A DNA stretch of 64,000 nucleotides from Podarcis filfolensis (Eukaryota): NCBI GenBank assembly GCA_964270895.1, contig OZ185435.1. One strand, 5' to 3'. The notes below the pieces were generated by a model. The model did not search any database. It was not told where the DNA came from and saw nothing but the letters and a program-made list of their open reading frames with translations. A program made the translations under genes and the position numbers. Positions 21,346 to 42,933 of the stretch are shown in pieces. How positions within the stretch are numbered: position 1 is the stretch's first letter; the number at the start of each line of letters is the position of its first letter.

Positions 21346-23966
21346 CACAGACGTGATTGGTGATGGTGTCTACTTGGGTAATAGTCCAGTTAATGGTTAA
21401 TAGTCCAGTTGTGTAACATTAATTTGTCTGTTCTACAGATTTTTTAACTATTGGCTGTGTTGCATGTTAAACAGCTGCCCACAAAATGAAATATAATACT
21501 TGATCAAAAATAGAAATCAAAGTAATGTACATTTGACAAAGATAAGAGCATGGGTAGGTATTCCCATCACTCAAAAAGGTGTTATTTACTCCTCCAAAAA
21601 TTTGACAGAAGCACAGATATCTGTGTGACTTGCAAAACTAAAACTAAAAACATAGGTAGCTGTATGTATAGTATGGTTATGTCCACAAAGACTGCTGTAT
21701 TTGCATAGAATACATTGGTCTGCGAGGCAGCTACGCCCTATGGACCACTCAAGTTCTTTTACAGCCTTCACAAAAAAAGAAAGAAACCCCACCAAAGCAG
21801 ACCTTTCAGGGCCATAATTTTTCCCAAATTACAAAAGAATAGTCTTTAACCTTGCCTAACTTTGTATCTGCCACTTGTAATCCATCTAAGCTTACTTGTG
21901 CCTAAATCTTAGAAGGAGGAATGGAATGTGATTTTGTTGTGACTTCTGTTTTGAAGGGAAAGCCACAATTTTAATCATTGTTTCACTGCAATTTACTTCA
22001 GTGCTAGTATCTGCTGTCAATATAGGTAAACCAAAATGTTCAATACAGTGGATGTTTAATGTTGAGGCATATTTGTGTATGTAAATAATAGTTCCATGCA
22101 CCACTGGTCTTCAGCTGGTGCATTAGGGCCTGATCCAAGGTGGGTCGCAACAGGAGCTGTGCCACCATGCAAATAGTAAGGTAAGAGATTAAGAAATGGG
22201 TCCCTAAATGCATGTTTGAGTTAAAAGTGGGCCCTGGGTCTGCAAAAGTTGAATGTCTGCCATACAGCATGACCTGGTAGCAGATTTCAGACCGCTTACT
22301 ATTTCCTTGGCAGAAGGACAAAACCTCATTGTTTGTGACCCATTTCTTCTCCTTTGTGGGAATATGTAGGACCCAGACAAAAAAGAGGGGGATTGTCTAC
22401 ACATCATTACACCAGCAGGTGTCTGCATTCAAAGGTTGCTAGTGGATCTGGGACCAGCTACCAGCTGTCAACGGATAAGCTAGCCAAGGACTGGACCTCT
22501 TTCAATGTGTAAACTTTTTAGATTGGTGGGGGAGGGTTAGAAAATATGGCAGAGGCTTGTAATGTTATGCATAATGTTGGATGAGCTTTACTGCCTTTCT
22601 GTCAACACCAGAAATTGGGATTCCCAAGTGAACTTTGCTGGGGAGTAGATTGAAGATTAAAAAAGGAGCACTTCAAAGGTATGGTATTCACTGCTCCAAG
22701 CAGTGATGGTTGCTGCATTAGATGGCTGGAGAATAGGTTTGTCAGTGGTGCCTCGGTCTTCACAAAGCATTATGCCACTAAATGCTGTTAGGTTAACAGC
22801 AGCAAAGGGCTGTCACTCTCCTGTCCTCATAGGCTTGCTTAGAGGCAGGTGGTTTAACATGGTGTGAAGCAGAATGTTGGATGAGATGGGTTATTGGTCT
22901 GATTCAGCTGGGCTATTGCATTGTTAAAGAGATTGTGGTGCAGATTTACCTGTGGGCTGCAGGAGGTGGTGCAGGGAGCCCTGTGGCTGTATAGCAGGAG
23001 AAGAGGTGCTGTGGGGTGCAGAGAGAAAAAGGCTAACATAAAAGTTTAAAAGAAACCAGTAAAAAGGGAGAGAGGCATATTTTTCTGCAGTTAGCACACC
23101 ACTCGAACCTTCATCCCAAAGCTCTCCTGTAAATATGCAAATCTCCACACAAAATTTAGCAGTTTAATTGTACCTTTAACAACATTTATTGCAGAAAAAA
23201 CTGTCATGAGCTAGAGATCACTTTGTCAGATAGCACCAAGTGTTATCTTAAATGGGTGGAGATGCACATCTGTGCAGAAACACAACAGTCAGAGGGCTCA
23301 GTAATACAAGAGAGAGTTGTGCTACATTATGCTGCAGAGCACAAATAATCAGGCAAAAGGATGAAAGATATAATCAGCTAGGGCGTGGCGCATTCCCAAC
23401 TGCTAATAAAGTATGGCAGCTTTCATGTTACAGGAGTCTGTCTGGCCGTTGTGTAAGAGACTTTATAAAGTTACCGTACTTTGGAACAAAAAAGATTTCA
23501 AAGGGAGGCTCCAGAATGATGTTGCCGAGTTGGAATTCATTTTCAGATCTGACACCCTAACTTATGTCTCAGTATAGTTAGGGAGTGCCTCTCTCACAGC
23601 TGTCCCACTTTCGGTGTTCCTGTTCACCATCTTGTTTTCGGCAGTTTGTTAATATTTGGGAAAGTTTGCACCTACTCTGCTAGGATTGCATTGCATTATA
23701 ATGCTGCCTCCTCTTTTACATGTGAACCAAGGAAGCTGTTTTGTGCATTGTACAAAGTGGGCTCTGGCCCATGAAACCTTATGACACAATAACTATTAAG
23801 TCTTTTAAAGTGCCACTATCCGTTTTTGTTAATGTACGATTTGTGCATTATTGGTGTGATGCATTTCTATGTACAGAGAAATATTGCACATCTTCCTGGT
23901 GCTACTAGTAGTTGATGGGTGTTGTCTCATTTCCAAACTGTTCCAGTGCAATGCTTTGGGGGTTGG

Positions 23967-24069
23967 TAGGATTGCCATACATCCAGAATTTCCCAGACAT
24001 ACTGGAATACCGCATTTTCCAGCAGAAATTGGCCAAAAGTCTGGGAAAATCCAAACATATGGCAGCCCA
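23967..24069. mobile_element. Decayed MITE with TAGGGTTGCCA-type TIRs
   Basis: taggattgccatac ... catatggcagccca inverted termini. Confidence 0.45.
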
Positions 24070-27000
24070 TGCTGGCAGTGCTCATTTTCCCTTAAAACTA
24101 AAGAAAGCTCAACAGTTTTTCAGTCTGGATTTTCACTGTTTGAAATAGTGGCAACCCTATGGTTAGTCCTGCTTGTATTGTCTTGTGGCTGACATGGTGA
24201 CTTCGTTCCTCTCAGGTGTGTCTGCCTGTGCTGCCAATTTACGTTGTTCTAAAGAATATAGAAGCAGATTGTTCACACCAGTTTCTGTTACCTTCCACAA
24301 TTCCCATTGATGCTGCCCAGTTCAGCCTGGATTTTTTTCTTAATACTAAAATGCTGCCTGTGGAGCTACTTGCATGGGAACACCCACCTGACACATAGGA
24401 TGATCTGGGGTGGGGAATCTTTGGTCCTCCAGATGTTCTTGAACTACAATGCCCATCAACCCCAGTGAACATGGCCAATGGGTGCTGAAGTTCTCTAACA
24501 TTCCAGGGGGGGTAGGCTGAAGGCATGTTTCCCTTCCCTGAAACATATCCCCAGGGCTGCAGAGGAGATGACAGTATTTTTCTGATGGTTCTGGGTTGGG
24601 AACAGAAAGTATTCCTTACCTGTTCTTCAGGATGCAGAAATCACCAGTGACTTAGAGGAACAGGACCAGCCAGTTTTGCCCCACCTTTCCTACTAGCAAT
24701 GGCTTTTAATTTAGATGCATGGGATAATTGGGGGTAGAGAGGAGTCGGGAGTGGAGTAGACTTTCATCCTTTCCCTTTATTATCATCAACTTTCTTTTGT
24801 AAGCACATGGAAGAGTAGCAAGCAAAGCATTATTATATGATCCCCATTTACTGCCTCGGCTCAGTTTTGCTCTCTGTAGCAAAAGCGTGAAGAGGATGGT
24901 GATGGAATAAACAGCTCATACTGCTCTTCTGAAAGTACTGAGAGCAAAGGAAATGGCAGTCAGATTGTTCAGGGGGCAGCAACAGGAGTGTACTGAAAAT
25001 AGATCCAGGACCTAGTAATTTTGGTTACAAATGTCTTCAAGATGTAAGGGGAAGAGAATAAAAGAAACAATTTAACTGTCCAACCACCCTTCTCTCTTTT
25101 AATATTTATTAGCCTGGTATATCAGGAGGAGGATATACAGGTGGAGAACCCAACTCTCCTTCCTTTGGTACCCAGGCAGTGTAGCGTAATGATTATGGTG
25201 TCATAGTAGGGGAACCAAAAACTCACTGGGCGTTCTTAGGCCAGTCACACTCAGCCCTAGCCTACAGGATAAAGTGAAGTAGGGAGGGCAGAAAGTATGT
25301 ATGCTGTCTTGAGCTTCTTAGAGGGAAGGTAGGACACAAACAGATAAATGAGACGAGTAGATTTTCATGATTTCTACTTTCCACCTTATCAACTGAATCA
25401 CTGCATCTTGCTGTAATCGGCGAAAGACCTATGTATCTGAATGCATAACCAGGCCTACTTTACCAAAAAAATCCATACTTTTCCACAAAAAAGCACTGGT
25501 AAAGCAAGCTCCCCCATGGAGCAACATGAAGTCTGCACAAACTCCTACTTCATAGGAGTCCTTGGACATTAAGCAAGCCTTCCTGTGCAAGAAGACCAGC
25601 ATAAGAGACAAGCAGTATGGAGCATATCACTAGAAAGCAATTTATTAATACTGTCAGCCAGAGCATCATTTCCAAGTGGCATCTATCATCTCTGTGAAAG
25701 GACTGATAAGGCGATCTATGCAGGGATTTCTCAACTTTTTTTTTATTTCATTAAAATTGGCAGGTGGGAGGTTTGGATTGGATCCACAGCACTGAGGGTG
25801 TTAGCTGTTTCCATGATAAAAACAGTCTCCCTGGAGCAGCTTATTCACTGGGGGTGGGACCCACATTTACCCCTTGAGGCAGAAAATTTATATTGGGGGA
25901 ATCTGATTTTAAGAAGTTACAGGAACTCCAATCAGGGTCCTGACATTCTCATGTCCAGTTTGTCCCTAAGAGGCACTCTTGGTCAAAGTGCAGTTCCACC
26001 CTCATTCTGATCCTTAAGCTCAGGAAAGAGATGTTTTTACTGTGGATGAAATTCCCCTTCCTATAGGAAAGAAGAAGCAGTTAAGATGGCAGGCTATTTC
26101 CAAGCATGTTCCTCTTGTCACTCCAAGGAATTTTGGTGCAGTAGATAGGGGCAGATTCATCACCATCTTTGTCTTTAAACGTGGGACAGACTAGCCAGCA
26201 AGATGACCAGCTGACAGTTTAAGGAACCATTTCTGCCAGGGTGCTCTGCTGAGGTAGTAATTCAGAAAAAATCAGAAGAATAGGATAGAAGAAAACAATG
26301 GTTTCTATTTGTCCAGGTTCCTGAAAGAGGCTTCCATCTGTTCACAGCTGAAGTCTGTTGCTGAAGATTCCACTTTCTCCCTTCTGCTGGCAAAGATTTA
26401 AATGATGTCAGCTTTTTTTGTTTTCAAGTTTTATTTTTAAAGGGATTACATGTAGAGAAGCCTTTACCTGGTAAGTGAGCCCTTAGGGGAAAATATCACC
26501 ATATACACAGTTCTGTCCTTGGATTCACAGTATAGCTTCTTGACTTACATGCTTCCACAGTTAAAAGAAATTTGGTCAATGCTTTCGACTTAACTCTCTA
26601 GCTGATGATACTAAAGCAGGCCTACTTATCAGCATGGATCAACTCCGGGAAGGTAAAACCAACCTTGTCTTCTCTTTACTCCCACCTCACAGTTCTGCAG
26701 TTTCTCCCATTTTCCTATTTAGAAAAAGCCCGATCACATTAGCTCTTTTTACTTAGGCAACTAACTCACCCACTAGCCTTGGGCCACACTTTACAAAAGA
26801 AAGCACTTCTAGAGTTTCTCCCAATCTATTCACAGTGCAGTTTCCAAGCCCATGATACGAGAGGAGGTTCCAGACCCTCCCAAGTGCTCCAACAAAGGTT
26901 TAACTAAATCACGAGGCAGACACATCCCAACTTAGTCAGGACCATTCTGTAAAAAGGAAAAAAAGAAGAAAAAAACCCTCCCCGAGTTGACAGGGCTCCC

Positions 27001-27205
27001 ATATAAAGACACCAGTCTGCATTGTGTCGCAGGCAAAGTCTATGTTCCTTATAGAGAGATCAATGGAGTCCCAGAAGTTCCACTCAGTAGGGATGAAGGG
27101 GAAGCAGGGGAAGTATATGAGTCTGTGGTGACTCCCCCATTATTGCTGTTCCTCCTTTTCTTGTCAAAGCTGTAGCACCGTCCAAGATAACTCCATGGCA
27201 GGACT

Positions 27206-27274
27206 TTACCGGAGGCTGCTGCTGCTGCTGGCCTGAGAGCTGCCCACACCAGGGTGTTCAGGGCTATGCCGATT
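27206..27274 (-). CDS. MED19: MED19 coding exon 5
   Basis: NRHSPEHPGVGSSQASSSSSLR then TAA. Confidence 0.95.
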   Translation of the reverse strand, partial: NRHSPEHPGVGSSQASSSSSLR

Positions 27275-30217
27275 CTAAAGAAAAATAAAATGGACACACA
27301 TGCAAGAATGAGAATGAAAGTTCTCAACAATAATGAAAGGCCAGGAGAAAAGGCCCCACATCTCAGTCAGTTCTCTGGCACCTGAGGGTACAATTACTTG
27401 AGCTGGTGGAAGAATTCTTCCCAACTTACTTTCTTTTTCTTCTTCTCCTTCTTCTTCCTTTTCCGCTCAGGGTCATCCTCTTTCTTCTTCTTTTTCTTCT
27501 TGTGGTCAGAATCTGAAGGAGTTTCTGCCAAGAAGAGAAAAGGAACTGAAGCAGGAACTTTGGACGAAGCAGGAATTGCGGTAGCTTAGGCCGCTAGACT
27601 GTGGAATGCTAAATTGGAAAGGAAGGGCAGGGGTTGGTGAGGGCAAATGCAACCACAGGGCTCAAGGAGGAAGCTTCTTACCTGGAGGGACAGGATCCTG
27701 CGTACGACTCTGCTTGTGTTTGTGCTTGTTTTTTTTCTTAGGTGGCTGGATGTGCATTAAGCGACACTGCTCTGGCAGCTGAGGTGGCGCAAAAGAAACA
27801 AAAGAGCATGTTAGTCCACTGAATACCACATCTGTTGTTCCAGTAAATAACCACAGGAGCAATCATTTGCAGGGAGGGGGTTGCTTGTCTCTTTGGTAAC
27901 CTGGTCCCACCGTTATCCCCCATCAAAACTTGCAAGAAAAGTTTCTACTATGTTCACTAAGCTTAGTACTTGGGTCTGTTATGAGCTCGGAGCTCCCTAG
28001 ACTCCTTGGCAATCTACCCTTCACAGAATATGGCTAAAGATTTACTCTGGAATTCACATATGAGTCAACCTTCCTCTTCATACCTGCTCTGCAAAAGAGA
28101 GCACTTAATTTGGCAGTACAGTGGTACCTCCGTTTACGAACTTAATACGTTCCGGAGGTCCATCCTTAACCCAAAACCATTCTTAACCCGAGGTGCGCTT
28201 TTGCTAATGGAGTCTCCCGCTGCTGCCGCGCCGTTGCCACCACACAACTTTCACTTGCATCCCAGGGCAAAGTTCGCTACCCAGAATACCTACTTCCGGG
28301 TTTTAGCGGAGCTCGTAATCCGAAGCGTTCATAAGGAGGGCGGTACGCAACCCGAGGTTCCACTGTACTTTTCTTTGTGACTCCTGCTGCCTGGGATCCC
28401 TCCCTAACTTCAGCCTACCTACTACTGCCTATTCCATCAAGGGAGATGGATCCCATTCTGCTGGACTCTTAGAAGTTTCTCCTAGTACTCATATTCTCCA
28501 GTGCACCCTAACATCCATTTCCAACTCTGGCATATTTTTTTTGTCATTGAGGTCATTTTCCCACCGACAGTCAATATTTCCTTCTTCCCTTGCAGCCCCC
28601 ACCTCTAACTTACCGGGCCTGCATGGAGACGAAAGCCTGTTAGCATGGTACCGGTGATAGGGTTGAACGAACTGCTGCAGATGGGAGGCTTCTCAATGAG
28701 AGAACGCAGGCTGCTGTTGTCATGTGAACCTGGCAAATCTATCATCCCTGGTAGGTCTGGCAGGAAGTTGCTGAGCTTCTCCTTCACCTTTTTACCACAA
28801 AATTTGTTGTAGGCATGCTCCAGGTTGTAGTGGGTGATCAGGTTTGTGCTCCCTGTTAGTTCTGTAGTACCTGGCAAAGAACAAAGGACATAACAATACT
28901 GCCTATGTTTGGCTTGTTGGGATTAACAGGACAAAGGCAGATAGAATCTGGCAAGCAAATCCTTCAAATACGACACTACTTGCACCTGCAACTGACTTCT
29001 TTGTTGAGATGACAAGAGGGCATGTCCAGCCTCATACACCCAAAATGCTTTTGGTGAAGCCAGATCAAGATAAAGCCTTGCTCTGCTTTCTGAAAATGTA
29101 CTTCTCTTCTTGATAGGCTGAGGCATCCTGGGAAGAAAATCCCTAAAGTCCTATTCATGTATACTTGAAATTAGGTCCCACTTATGCCATGGGAGGTTGC
29201 TTCAAGGTAATGGTTTGTAGGACCCTCGTCTGGTAGCAAAGCAATAGTTTGCACAAACCACTAAGCCAAATCTTGGATTCACGCAAATCATGGTTGCTGT
29301 GCTTCTTCCTGAGTCCTGCTGATGCACTACTCAAGGTCAAGTTTGGCTATGCATGACATCCAAACTGGGCTCATGTTCTGTCTCTCCCGACAATCCATGA
29401 GCTGTTTGTTGTTGATCACTCATAGTTTGGGGGAGACAACCATGACCCCCGAGTTGGCATGCAGTGCTGAGCCAAACCATGGTAGTGCAACAGCCACAGC
29501 CTTTGCTCTGGGAATGTTTGCTCTCATGTGCTTAGCCAGGTTTTGGCATAGTGTTGTTACATGTTCACTGGGCCCTATTTGCTTATGGTATTTAGACAAT
29601 GCTTTTCAGACGGACCTTCCATATACCGTAGATTAGTACAGCAAGCATCTATTAAAGCAGAAAAGACAAACAGGGGCTTGCCATGAAGTTAATAATGAAC
29701 TTCAGCGGCTTCCGCCTCGGCAGCGTCAAATGCGGGTGCACTGCATGACTCCGCCTCCCTGTTTTGATCCGGCACCTCATTGGCCCCCGGCAGCTGCCAA
29801 TCGAAATCCCACCACTACCTGCGCTTCCGCCAAGTCGTCAGCTTCGCCTGTTGGGTCTAAGTTCCCCCAGGAACAGGGAGGAGTGCCCATCAAGACGCAG
29901 CCGTGTACCTCTATTGGGCCATTCCCCCGCGACACTTCGTTGGCATTGGCCAAGGATGCAAGGCCCGCCTCTACATTCCGGTAGGCTGAGTGGCCCCCCG
30001 AAGCCCGCCCCCTCCAACAGCACTTACCTGGTAACTCGCGCATTAGGTAGAAGGGGCCGCTGGCGGCCGCCGCTTTCTCTCCGACGGGGGTCACGGCAGG
30101 GACGGGAGGTGGCCCAGTCCCCGGTCCTCCGGGTTTCCCTGGTCCAAAGCCCAGCGCGGCGGCTGTGGTAGGCGGAGGCGGTTCCGTCCCTCCGAAGAGA
30201 GCGGAGAAATTCTCCAT
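27206..30217 (-). CDS. MED19: Mediator subunit 19. complement(join(27206..27274,27430..27524,27682..27778,28614..28870,30028..30217)), 235 aa
   Basis: MENFSALFGG...PFYLMRELPG / TTELTGSTNLITHYNLEHAYNKFCGKKVKEKLSNFLPDLPGMID / Lys-rich tail / SSQASSSSSLR*. All GT-AG, 708 nt total. An in-frame ATG at 30220 could add one Met. Confidence 0.96.
27430..27524 (-). CDS. MED19: MED19 coding exon 4 (Lys-rich)
   Basis: ETPSDSDHKKKKKKKEDDPERKRKKKEKKKKK, 95 bp. Confidence 0.95.
27682..27778 (-). CDS. MED19: MED19 coding exon 3
   Basis: LPEQCRLMHIQPPKKKNKHKHKQSRTQDPVPP, 97 bp. Confidence 0.95.
28119..28365. mobile_element. Tc1/mariner (Tigger/pogo-like) MITE, 247 bp
   Basis: TA|CAGTGGTACCTC ... GAGGTTCCACTG|TA. 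Confidence 0.85.
28614..28870 (-). CDS. MED19: MED19 coding exon 2
   Basis: tttgccag| ... |gtaagt, 257 bp. Confidence 0.96.
30028..30217 (-). CDS. MED19: MED19 coding exon 1
   Basis: ATG at 30217; donor CCAG|gtaagt. Confidence 0.93.
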
Positions 30218-30633
30218 CATCCCGGCGTGCCCCGCGCAATCTCCTCCCATTGGCTCCGCATCTTGGCTGTCCCCTCGGTTCGCCTTGTTTTCATTGGAGG
30301 GCGGTGAACCCTCCTCTTACGTATAATTGGCTAACTAACCTGGAAACTGGGCCGCGTTCCGATTGGACGGTCCTCTGCTTTCTCGTGACGTATTTTTAGA
30401 TGGCCGCATGACATCGACAGCATGCGTCGAGAGGCCCCCTAGTTTGTATTCCGAATCCATCCCTGCGATTCTGAAGTCGGCCAATGATAGTGCGCGGTGT
30501 TGCTCTAAGCTCCGCCTTTCCGTTGATTGGCGTAGGCATTGGCCAGCGAGCCCGAGCGGAGGAACGACGAGCGTGCGCCGCCGGCAGGCGCTAGAAGCTG
30601 TCGGCGCGGGGGCTCGGTCAGGGTGAGGTGAAG
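30218..30633. promoter_or_regulatory. Bidirectional CpG-island promoter shared by MED19 and TMX2
   Basis: Start codons 416 bp apart and divergent; seven CCAAT/ATTGG boxes; TGACGTA CRE-like site; YY1 motif AAGATGGCGG over the TMX2 ATG. Confidence 0.85.
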
Positions 30634-38560
<7,927 letters not shown>

Positions 38561-39516
38561 AGCCCAGAGGACTGGACTGTGTTCCTTTACTGTTTAGCTC
38601 CCCGTTCCTCTTCCATTGCCATTCTGATCTCTCCCCTGGGACATCAGCCACAAGCTGCTTTCGCCCACAACGCTGGTGCTGGGAGATGATTGTACATGCC
38701 AGGGAGCTTCTGTCTTCTGAGTGTAATTGCCATGGAGCTTCTATCCTCCTGGGCTCAGTGCCTCTCTGCTGGCAGCTACTCGTTTCTTTTGGACTTCTCC
38801 CATCCCCTGATCCTCCTTCCAGGAGTTGCTAGGTGTAGTTTCAGCAAGATAAGATGTGGCCCCAACTCTATAGAAGCTAGAACCTGTTTCTGCATCTAGA
38901 TGTGGGGCTGCATGCTTCTCTGGCAATGAATAAGAGCTACTGGGGGGGCACTGTAAATGGGCAGGATGGGAGGAATCACCACTTTCGGCGGAATTGACTC
39001 CCTCCTGTCAAAGCTGTGACACCTCACTCCTGTTTGAATTGGCTTTATGCAGGGTCGTATCTGTGGCTGAGAAGCTACGGGTATCATTGACCAGTTTTGA
39101 CTACTTGCTACCCACTGCCCTCTACTGTACTGACAACAGAGCTTACGTGGTCTCTTCCCATCCCAAGCCGATGGGTGGACGCACAATGTTTATTTGCTGA
39201 ACTTGAAAGGGCTGCTGTGCCAGAGAGTAAGCAGCAGCCATGCAGTCCTTATGGATTTCCTGTTCTCTGCATCACCATCATCAGCTGCTTGTGTGGTGTA
39301 ATATGCTGAGGGTGCTGAGGGTAAGAAGGGGGTCCCTCCTGCCCCCAAACTGGAGGAGTAGCTGTTTCTGCCGTCCAGAGTCATAATTGACAGGGTTCTT
39401 ATAGCTGCTAACTCCATTTCCAACCCAGGGAGCTTGTTCGTGGATAGGAACAAGCTCCACTTCACTGTACTCATCCACCTTCACACTTCTGTTAATTGTC
39501 TTATACGGCTATCTCT

Positions 39517-39522
39517 AATAAA
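39517..39522 (+). terminator. Probable TMX2 polyadenylation signal
   Basis: AATAAA with downstream T/GT-rich tract, ~960 nt after the stop codon. Confidence 0.55.
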
Positions 39523-40863
39523 CAAACTTGGGAATGTCTTCTTTTTGTTTCTGAGTTGGACTATGACCACAATCTGTAGTGATTTATGCAAGCATTTGCT
39601 TATTCTTATTCTTATTATTTATTAAATTTGTATACTGTCCCTTCATCCATAGATCTCAGGGCATTCTGTACTTTTTTTTTTTTAAAGGATGTTTCCTAGT
39701 GTCCAAGTAAATTTTGTTCACTGTTTAGGGCTCGACTCTTCTGTATGGGATGGGGGCTTTGCTACGCTATCCTTCTTGGTGCTCTCTACCAGGCTGTAGA
39801 AGTCAGCATGCTGGCTGAGTTGCTGGGAAGATCTTGGAAAACTCCAGCTAGGGTCTCCACCAGTTTTTAGATGGAGGAAGCATCAGTTTGAAGCTGGACT
39901 ACAATGGGGGGGGGGGGAGATTTAAGTCTTCCTCTTCTATTTTCCTTATTAAAATTCCCCCTCCTAAATAGTCAGCTGAGGCCAATCATATAGATAGGTG
40001 TATGTTTTCACCCTGGGGAAAACTGTCGGTGAGGCTGAATTAGGGGAAGGGTTAACACCCTGCATCATAGTACCAATCCAGACCCCCCCACACACACCTG
40101 CTTTTAAACCTTTAAAGAAAAAAGAAATTGTGTTTGAAGAATAACTGCCCTCAGCTTCCTCTGATCATCTGATGTACTGCTGTTCCTCACACATGCAAAG
40201 GCATTGCTTTTGTCTTCCCCAGACATGCAACTGTTCATAGGCTGGGCCAAAAAAGACACCACTGCCAAGCCAGATGTGAAAGGACAGTGTAGGCCACAGA
40301 GTGGCAGCACTATAATGGTAACCCTGTAAGAAAGGAATAAAAAGGACCTTGCTTAGATCAGAATGCCAGCTTGTGCTTCTGAAGGGCATGCCTATATTGT
40401 TTCCTCCTAATTAAAGGCAGATACAATCAGAGACAAAAGATTTGAGAAATGGGAACAATTTGGAAAGCATGATGTAGAAGGAAAAGTGAGGATAGGGATG
40501 CCATGCTGATCATCATTGGAATGACTTCTATAAACAGAGAAAGGAAAATAGCACAAACTTCAGGAACTATAAGCAGGCAGCTCAATTTACAATGGAACTG
40601 CAGTGGTTCTGCTAGGGTAGATAATGAAACAAGTTCCCTAAAAGTAGTTGGGGGCTCCTAACTTAGGAGGTGGATGTGTCTTACTAAGGAAAGGTAGGAG
40701 CTGTTCACCCACAGATATTTTATTTATTAAATGTGTATACTGCCCTTCATTCAAAGATTGCAGAGTGGTCACAACATAAAACAAAAGATTCTGTGTTTGC
40801 TACAGTGCCATATGATGACTTGACAGTGCGAAATCACTTCCCATGGCTGCTTTCAACCAGATA

Positions 40864-41104
40864 CAGTGGTACCTCAGTTTCATATGCTTCAGGTTACATA
40901 CGCTTCAGGTTACAGACTCCGCTAACCCAGAAATAATGCTTCAGGTTAAGAACTTTGCTTCAGGATGAGAACAGAAATCGGGCTCCGGTGGCGCGGCAGC
41001 AGCAGGAGGCCCCATTAGCTAAAGTGGTGCTTCAGGTTAAGAACAGTTTCGGGTTAAGTACGGACCTCCGGAACGAATTAAGTACTTAACCTGAGGTACC
41101 ACTG
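40864..41104. mobile_element. Tc1/mariner MITE, 241 bp, same family as 28119..28365 in opposite orientation
   Basis: TA|CAGTGGTACCTCAG ... CTGAGGTACCACTG|TA; internal GCTTCAGGTTA repeats. Confidence 0.9.
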
Positions 41105-41549
41105 TACTCCCATGTGATCAGTTGCGAGAGAGTACTGTGAATGTGTGGATCTGTCCTTTGTCTGCTGCCATGCCACAAGAGAGTACTGCATTAGAAGATA
41201 GGGAGAGTTTGGGGAATTTGGGTTTACGAAACCCATTTTCTTTAAGGCAAAAGAGAGAGAGCTAAACAGCAAACCTCGGACTGAAGTTCTTACAATACCT
41301 AGCTGATGCCTATATACTAGAATATACAGCCAGCTTTATATGGTAATAGCGATGTGACTTCGAAACAGTGCAAAACAGTAGCGTTTATGACTCAACTCTA
41401 AGACTTCCTGCGCCCTGCCACGCTCTTTTTATACCTTCAATTAGCATAACGGAATAGATAGGGGGGGAAACCCTCTATATTTAAAACTCATGCATAGGGA
41501 TCATCCGCATTAAGTGATCTTTTGTAGAACAACCAACCCAGCATGGTGC

Positions 41550-42320
41550 AGCGGATGTTTCCACTGCTTCATCGCATGAAAAGGAATCTGGTTGCCCACG
41601 ATCAGTACTAAGCGGGGAATTGCAGCGAAATCCTAAACCAGCGACGCTACCTTAGAAGCCAGGATCGGGAGCGAGCCGGGATTGGCTGCTGCAGAACTTC
41701 ATCGCGATTTGCAGACGGGCTTGTGTAAGTGGTAGCAACCACTTTGCAAAACCTCTTTGAACGGAGGGGGGGGCGGTTAAAAGACCTGCGATTGCTATTC
41801 TTTCATCATAACAAAGTGTTTTGATAGCTAAGGCTGGCATCCTCAGAGGGCGCCCCATTTGCTAAACTGGCCAGCTAGGAGACTGCTGCTTTGTGACTTT
41901 CCCGACTTTAGCGTTAATATTCCCCGGTCTCCCCTCCCATCATCGGCGCACATGGTTGGTGCCGCAGTGTAATTTCCTTTGTCGTCCTCTTGCTGCGCGT
42001 GGGCTGGAGCGCTGTTTGCAAGAAAGGAGAAAGGCCCGGGGAAATTGCTCGCTTGTGCAACGGTAGGATTTTTGCAATCTGGCTCTATTATCACTTTTGT
42101 TTCAGCTCTCTCCAACGATGGGATACGCTTCGTGCTGTTGTCTTTCTGTCCTTCGTAGGCGCTTCTCTCCTACGGTAATTGGCTTCTACTTTGTGCTGGC
42201 TTCATCCTGCCTGCCGCTCTGGTTAACTGCTGTTGCTTTTTCCTCCTCTAGTTGGATTTTTTTGGCGCCCTTTTGGGGGGGGGGCTTATTTCTGCCGTTA
42301 TCTTCGCTTCTTCGGGATAA
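41550..42320 (+). promoter_or_regulatory. CpG-rich putative SELENOH promoter and non-coding first exon(s)
   Basis: CpG-dense stretch upstream of the SELENOH ATG exon; candidate donors at 42063 (gtagga) and 42175 (gtaatt); boundaries approximate. Confidence 0.6.
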
Positions 42321-42933
42321 CCAGCTCTCCTAATTCTTTTCCTTTAAATTTCAATTGATTTATATGCCGCCCATTAACAGAAAAGTTCTCTGGGCGGTTT
42401 GCAAGTAAAGGCTACTTTTCACGTTCTCCCCACCCCGCCCTGTGTAACTAATTAATTAAAAAGGTTTTTTAAGAATATTAGTTTACAGGCTCGCATTCTC
42501 TTTGCTTGAAAGTGTGTACACGTAAATCAACCTCCATAGATTTTCCTGTGTCTTGCAAGAGGTTTGATAACCCAATTTCTAAATGCTTAACACTTAAGCC
42601 TTTCTAGTGTCCTCCTTATGGCATTAGGGTATTTTACTTTGTCAGGATTGATACTATAATGTTCTTTTCTGAAAGGGACAGGCTGTAGCTCTGCTTGCTT
42701 GCTTGCTTACTTACTTACATGCAGTATTTTGCATGCTGAAGATCTGTCCTTCCCTTTGGACAGTACTGAGCTAGATGCATCATGATCTGATTTGGTATAA
42801 GGCAGCAAAAGCAAACCTAAGGAACTGCATCTTCTCGGCTGTTCCTCTTAGGAAGGCCGGCCACATGCATTGAGATGTGCAGGTGAGTGGGGCATTATTT
42901 TTCCTACCCTCCTGTGTTTGCTTTTGTAGTAGA

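Noticed and set aside
21379-21410. TAATAGTCCAGTT duplicated at a 19-nt period
   Set aside because: Simple local slippage duplication with no further structure.
15760-27100. Hidden gene in the long ZDHHC5-MED19 interval
   Set aside because: Only short ORFs with no homology and TE remnants were seen; no consistent exon chain.
30218-30250. In-frame upstream ATG (30250) extending MED19 by 11 aa
   Set aside because: The ATG overlaps a CCAAT box and probably lies upstream of the TSS; the extension does not match orthologues as recalled.
40880-41045. Spaced GCTTCAGGTTA repeats resembling a CRISPR-like array
   Set aside because: The repeats are short, irregularly spaced and internal to a TA-flanked mariner MITE in a vertebrate genome.
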